Source of the DNA: Schizochytrium sp. TIO01
Taxonomy: Eukaryota; Protista; Bigyra: Labyrinthulomycetes
DNA length: 64,000 bases
Direction: 5' to 3'
Assembly (NCBI GenBank): GCA_004764695.1
Contig: SMSO01000025.1
Coordinates: 2,356,001-2,420,000, forward strand
Shown: positions 60,191 through 64,000 of the stretch, piece after piece
Layout: every line of letters begins with the position of its first letter
Position numbering within the stretch: position 1 is the stretch's first letter
The notes under the pieces: model-generated
The model's database searches: none
What the model was told of the DNA's origin: nothing
The model's input: only the letters and a program-made list of their open reading frames with translations
Program-made: the position numbers and the translations under genes

Positions 60191-62053
60191 CGTCGAGTGA
60201 AGTTTCGTGATATTACAAATCCTTTCCTACAAGCAAAAGCGTCCCCTCAATTTCAACCTCAATTATTCGAGACAGAAGATAAATCCCTATTCAAGCCCTG
60301 AATGATACAATGCCCCGGAACTTTGTACTGCTTTGTTGCTATCACAATGCTGGTTTACCGTCAAGTTCTGCTTCTGCGTTAACGCGCGCCCAGGTTGTTT
60401 AATACGGACTGCCCTCAGGTTCCGAGTTACAGTTTTGCTGCTGCTAAAAGAGCGCTAAGTGGAGATTTGAGAGACTACGGTGGTACGTAGGAAGTGGTAC
60501 AGCGGGGGACTAAGTGGGTACGGCTACATATTTAACCCTATCTCGCAACAACTCTGTGAGCATGAAGAATTGCGGGGAAGATTGGTAATACATACCTCCA
60601 GAGCTCGAAAGCTGTCCAGATAGGTTGGCACCTGTTGTTGTCTCAAGGCTGGCCACATCTTCCACTGCAAGACTTGATGAACTAGGTAGGATCCCTCCAT
60701 CAATGCTATCGCACCTGGCAGACTGCTCATATCCCAATTTCAGCTTACCCTGAATAGGATTCGATCAACTTGAATGAAGAAAAGAGAAGCCTCCAAGGCC
60801 ATGCACAACACTCTGCACGATCATGGTGTCTTTTCTGCAAGCATGTGAATTGTACATTTGCAAACGACAACTACAAACTCGTATGCTTTACTGGGAGCGA
60901 GGCCCCTCCTTCAGCGAGCCGGACTTTGCATACTACAATTCTGCTGTTGTTTATAAACAAACTTATAGGTCATACATAGTTTTTGTTTCGTGTCCAGGAT
61001 TCTTCACAACTTGAAGGGTAGATTACATACAAGCTTGGTTTCATTTCTCGCTGCTGCTGCAACAAGATCCAATCAACTACCTTGCATGCACATCTCTACC
61101 TTGTGAGAAAGAAGACTGTGGTTATCCAAATGTCAGTGCCCTTCATCAGCATTCTCGCTTGTCCCAACACCCAAACAGAGCGACTGTTATTCCCTCTTCT
61201 CCAATTGGCACGTACCTATCTGCATAGGCCTTCCTATTCTCACATCCGTAGTAGCTCTAGTCCCCAGGGACAGCATAACTAACTAACTAACTATCTCTCG
61301 ATCCACTCTACTCTGGCCAAACCGACCCCTAGTTGGTTGCATCCAGCGATGATATGATTGCGGCAGACAATCGGTTCTCAGGAACTGTGCATTTCAATCG
61401 CCTCGTCCAGGCTGTGCTCAATCTCAAGCTGTCTCGATTTATAACGACCTGGAATTGAAGGTATTTATTTGTTATTTTATTTGTTATTTTGTTTACTCTT
61501 TGATTGATTATTTGATTGATTGATTGATTGATTTGCTTCTCTACTGCGCAGTAGCCAACTCCTACTCTTCGCAACCGATGCTGTGACTTCCTAACGGCCT
61601 CTTCTATGTAATGGGAATCGGCAGCGAGCGAATGCGAGAATGGGCGATGTATGTGCTTCATTCTGACTTGCAGCTGATCGATGAGGCATTTGGGCCAGGC
61701 GAGGAGGGAGCTCTGCATATGGCGGGAGCCATAACTTGGAGAATACGGAGCAAGACGGAATTCGATCAAATGGATCAGGGTTGATTGCGTGCATTGCATT
61801 TCCAACTGGAGCTCCTGAGAATTAGTCCGTATAAATAAGAAGGGATAGATAGGTAAGTGAGTACTATGTATGCTATGGTAAGAAGGAGATGAGAGACTAA
61901 TGAAGAATAAGATGGAAAGGGCTTTGAGGATGATCTGATGATCTGATCGCGATAGCTTGATCAGGACGCGACAGATCGCTATATCTGAGACCCGCTTGCG
62001 GCGAGAAGAGAGCGAGTGACGTGGAGCTAGGTAGCTAGCAGCCTTAGAGGAAG

Positions 62054-62482
62054 ATGTCCGACGACGTGAAGGCGGAGGGTGCTGCCCCGATGGATACGAG
62101 CGAAGGCGATGAGAACAACAACAACGCTTCATCGACTTCGTCTACGGCAGCGGAGGCCGAGGGCGCCAAGGCTGGAGAGTCTGAGACGGCCAAGGAGGGC
62201 GCAGAAGGCGCGGAAGGCGCAGAGGCAGCCAAGGCTCTGGCAGACGCGCTGTCCGGCAAGCCGTCTGCAGAAGAGGGCGTTAAGGCCGAGGCGAGCGCCA
62301 AAGGAGGTGAAGGAAAGGGCAACAAGAACAACCTGCCGATCAGAACGTATCTGGACCAGACGGTAGTGCCCATCCTACTCAGCGCCCTCTCGCAGCTTGT
62401 CAAGGAGAGGCCTGACGGAGATCCCGTTGAGTGGCTCGCGCACTGGCTGCTGCGCAACAACCCAGCCAAAAAGACCAATTAA
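62054..62482 (+). CDS. DPY30: Dpy-30 family protein (COMPASS subunit-like)
   Basis: C-terminal [44 protein letters not shown] after an Ala/Glu-rich N-terminus; GC-rich codon usage. Confidence 0.92.
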   Translation: MSDDVKAEGAAPMDTSEGDENNNNASSTSSTAAEAEGAKAGESETAKEGAEGAEGAEAAKALADALSGKPSAEEGVKAEASAKGGEGKGNKNNLPIRTYLDQTVVPILLSALSQLVKERPDGDPVEWLAHWLLRNNPAKKTN

Positions 62483-63438
62483 TCCCTAGTTGAATGCAAG
62501 AAAGAAATGAAAGCAGTAAAGGAGATGAAAGAAGAAGAAAAAGAAGAAGAAAAAGATTTAGGTAGAATTCTAGACGGAAAGCAAATCCGGAGACAGTGGA
62601 TCCACCTATGCAATTATATGCTCGTGGAAATGCTGCAAGTGGGCCTTGTGATTCCTGGTTCGGACCGATGTGTATGCGGACTCATCGATCCTGGGGTTGA
62701 TGGACTGTATGCTGGATCAAGGTAACCGAACTGTGAACACCAAAAGTCCAGCTTGTAGAATCTTCTTAGGAAATGCTTCTCTCGCGTATATCTATCTATA
62801 TTTTGACGAGGGATCGCTCATTGTGTCTTCCTTGATTAGATGGCAATGTTCGGGTTATATGAGATGGATAAGAACTGCGGATGTAGCGAGGTGGCAGGAA
62901 TGGAACTTTGAACAAGCCGGCAGGGAGTTTATCATTTTAGTGTTACCAAAGTGATAGGCGTCAGGGTAGTACGAAAGTCAACTGCTAAGGAGAGATTTTA
63001 AGCCGCCTACCCATCTCCTCTCTCATATCTATAGGACTATTCATCTGCGTCGAAGTCGCATGCATCTAGACGTACATACTTACAAACATAAATATACATG
63101 CATATACAAGCATGCTTACAAACTTACTTACGTACTTTTATTCTTACGTACTTACAAACTTACACATTCACTTACATTCTAACTACTCATGTTTCCCTTT
63201 AAATGGCCGATCTAATTGCTTGTTTATTCCCACTTGGTAGCTTGTGAGGGTTTTGCATTATTGCGAGCGAACTTAAAACTCAACAAAACCCACAGAATGT
63301 AATTAATTGAGGTACTTTTTGACATAAATATCATTCCATAGTAAAACGCATCACCTTGTTTTTATGTGTTTGGGACCTCGAATGAACACCTTGGGAAGTA
63401 CGGAAGATCGAAACTTCATTCACATTATTTATATATAT

Positions 63439-64000
63439 TCATTCAGGAAGAGCTTGGTGATGTTCATTGTGTTCAAGCGGTCTCGAAGAGGGGTAAAAAG
63501 AAAGACCCTTAGAGGGCTGACTAAGATAGTTGTCAAAGCTTTGAAAAAGACGTGCTTGCGCCCGAACCGTGGCCCAGCTACAGCCTCGATGTGGAGGTCG
63601 CTTAAACTGTTTCATTAAAGGTGCACGATAAACTCCGTAAGGAGCTGCAAAAGTTTTGGGGGTGTAATGCTGTGAAAAGGCATTAAATCCTTGCCATGGT
63701 CGAAACTCTGCTTGATAAGTCTGGTGACTCTCTAAGCTTCGAAGATCTTGCTCACGACGCTGCATAGTTGCTCTTTGTGTTACCTGCTCTTTTCGAGCTT
63801 GCGCTTGTTTTTTTATTCTTTCTTTGGCAGCTTTAGCACTTTTCTTTCGGTCTTGTACCTGCGCGAGGAAGACGTCGTGCCGTTGAGAATTTAAAACAGC
63901 CGATCTGTCTTGCCTCGTGGAGTCAAATTCAAGTAGAACAGTTTTGGCAGAAGGTTCCTTTGGATCTTGTGACTTATCCGAGCTCAAACTGATAAGATTT
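63439..64000 (-). CDS. Hypothetical coiled-coil protein, 5' end outside the window
   Basis: Frame is open to the window edge; charged helical stretch RKKSAKAAKERIKKQAQARKEQ. Confidence 0.6.
   Translation of the reverse strand, partial: NLISLSSDKSQDPKEPSAKTVLLEFDSTRQDRSAVLNSQRHDVFLAQVQDRKKSAKAAKERIKKQAQARKEQVTQRATMQRREQDLRSLESHQTYQAEFRPWQGFNAFSQHYTPKTFAAPYGVYRAPLMKQFKRPPHRGCSWATVRAQARLFQSFDNYLSQPSKGLSFYPSSRPLEHNEHHQALPE

Noticed and set aside
60778-61228. Frame with a single in-frame TGA (61012-61014) as a selenoprotein or readthrough gene
   Set aside because: No redox-motif context, no SECIS-like element seen and no recognisable family; chance or decayed sequence is more likely
1-64000. CRISPR array, rRNA, telomeric array or integrated giant-virus genes
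   Set aside because: No regularly spaced repeat-spacer structure, rRNA signature, tandem telomere repeat or viral hallmark protein was seen

Overview
Eukaryotic nuclear DNA from an intron-poor protist. Gene style and microsatellite-rich spacers suggest a stramenopile such as a thraustochytrid, but that is inference only. The window has two halves. (1) 1-39.7 kb is gene-poor, with only a prolyl 4-hydroxylase and a convergent secreted Cys-rich TIL-repeat protein. The rest holds long microsatellites, a probable dispersed family of degenerate coding-like modules, and a cluster of heavily decayed transposon fossils whose motifs are split across frames and mostly absent from the ORF track: four piggyBac-like, one pogo/Tigger-like, and a weaker LINE-like remnant. 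(2) 39.7-64 kb is gene-dense: mitochondrial-type ribosomal protein L11 (3 exons), a hypothetical protein, a UBL-fused type II PI4-kinase, an EF-hand/polyproline protein, an IQ-motif soluble-adenylyl-cyclase-like protein with degenerate catalytic residues, a GPR180/TMEM145-like membrane protein, a FluG/GSI-like glutamine synthetase domain protein, Dpy-30, and a gene cut by the window edge. No rRNA, tRNA, CRISPR or telomere array was seen. All fossil and homology calls were made by eye, and their boundaries are approximate.
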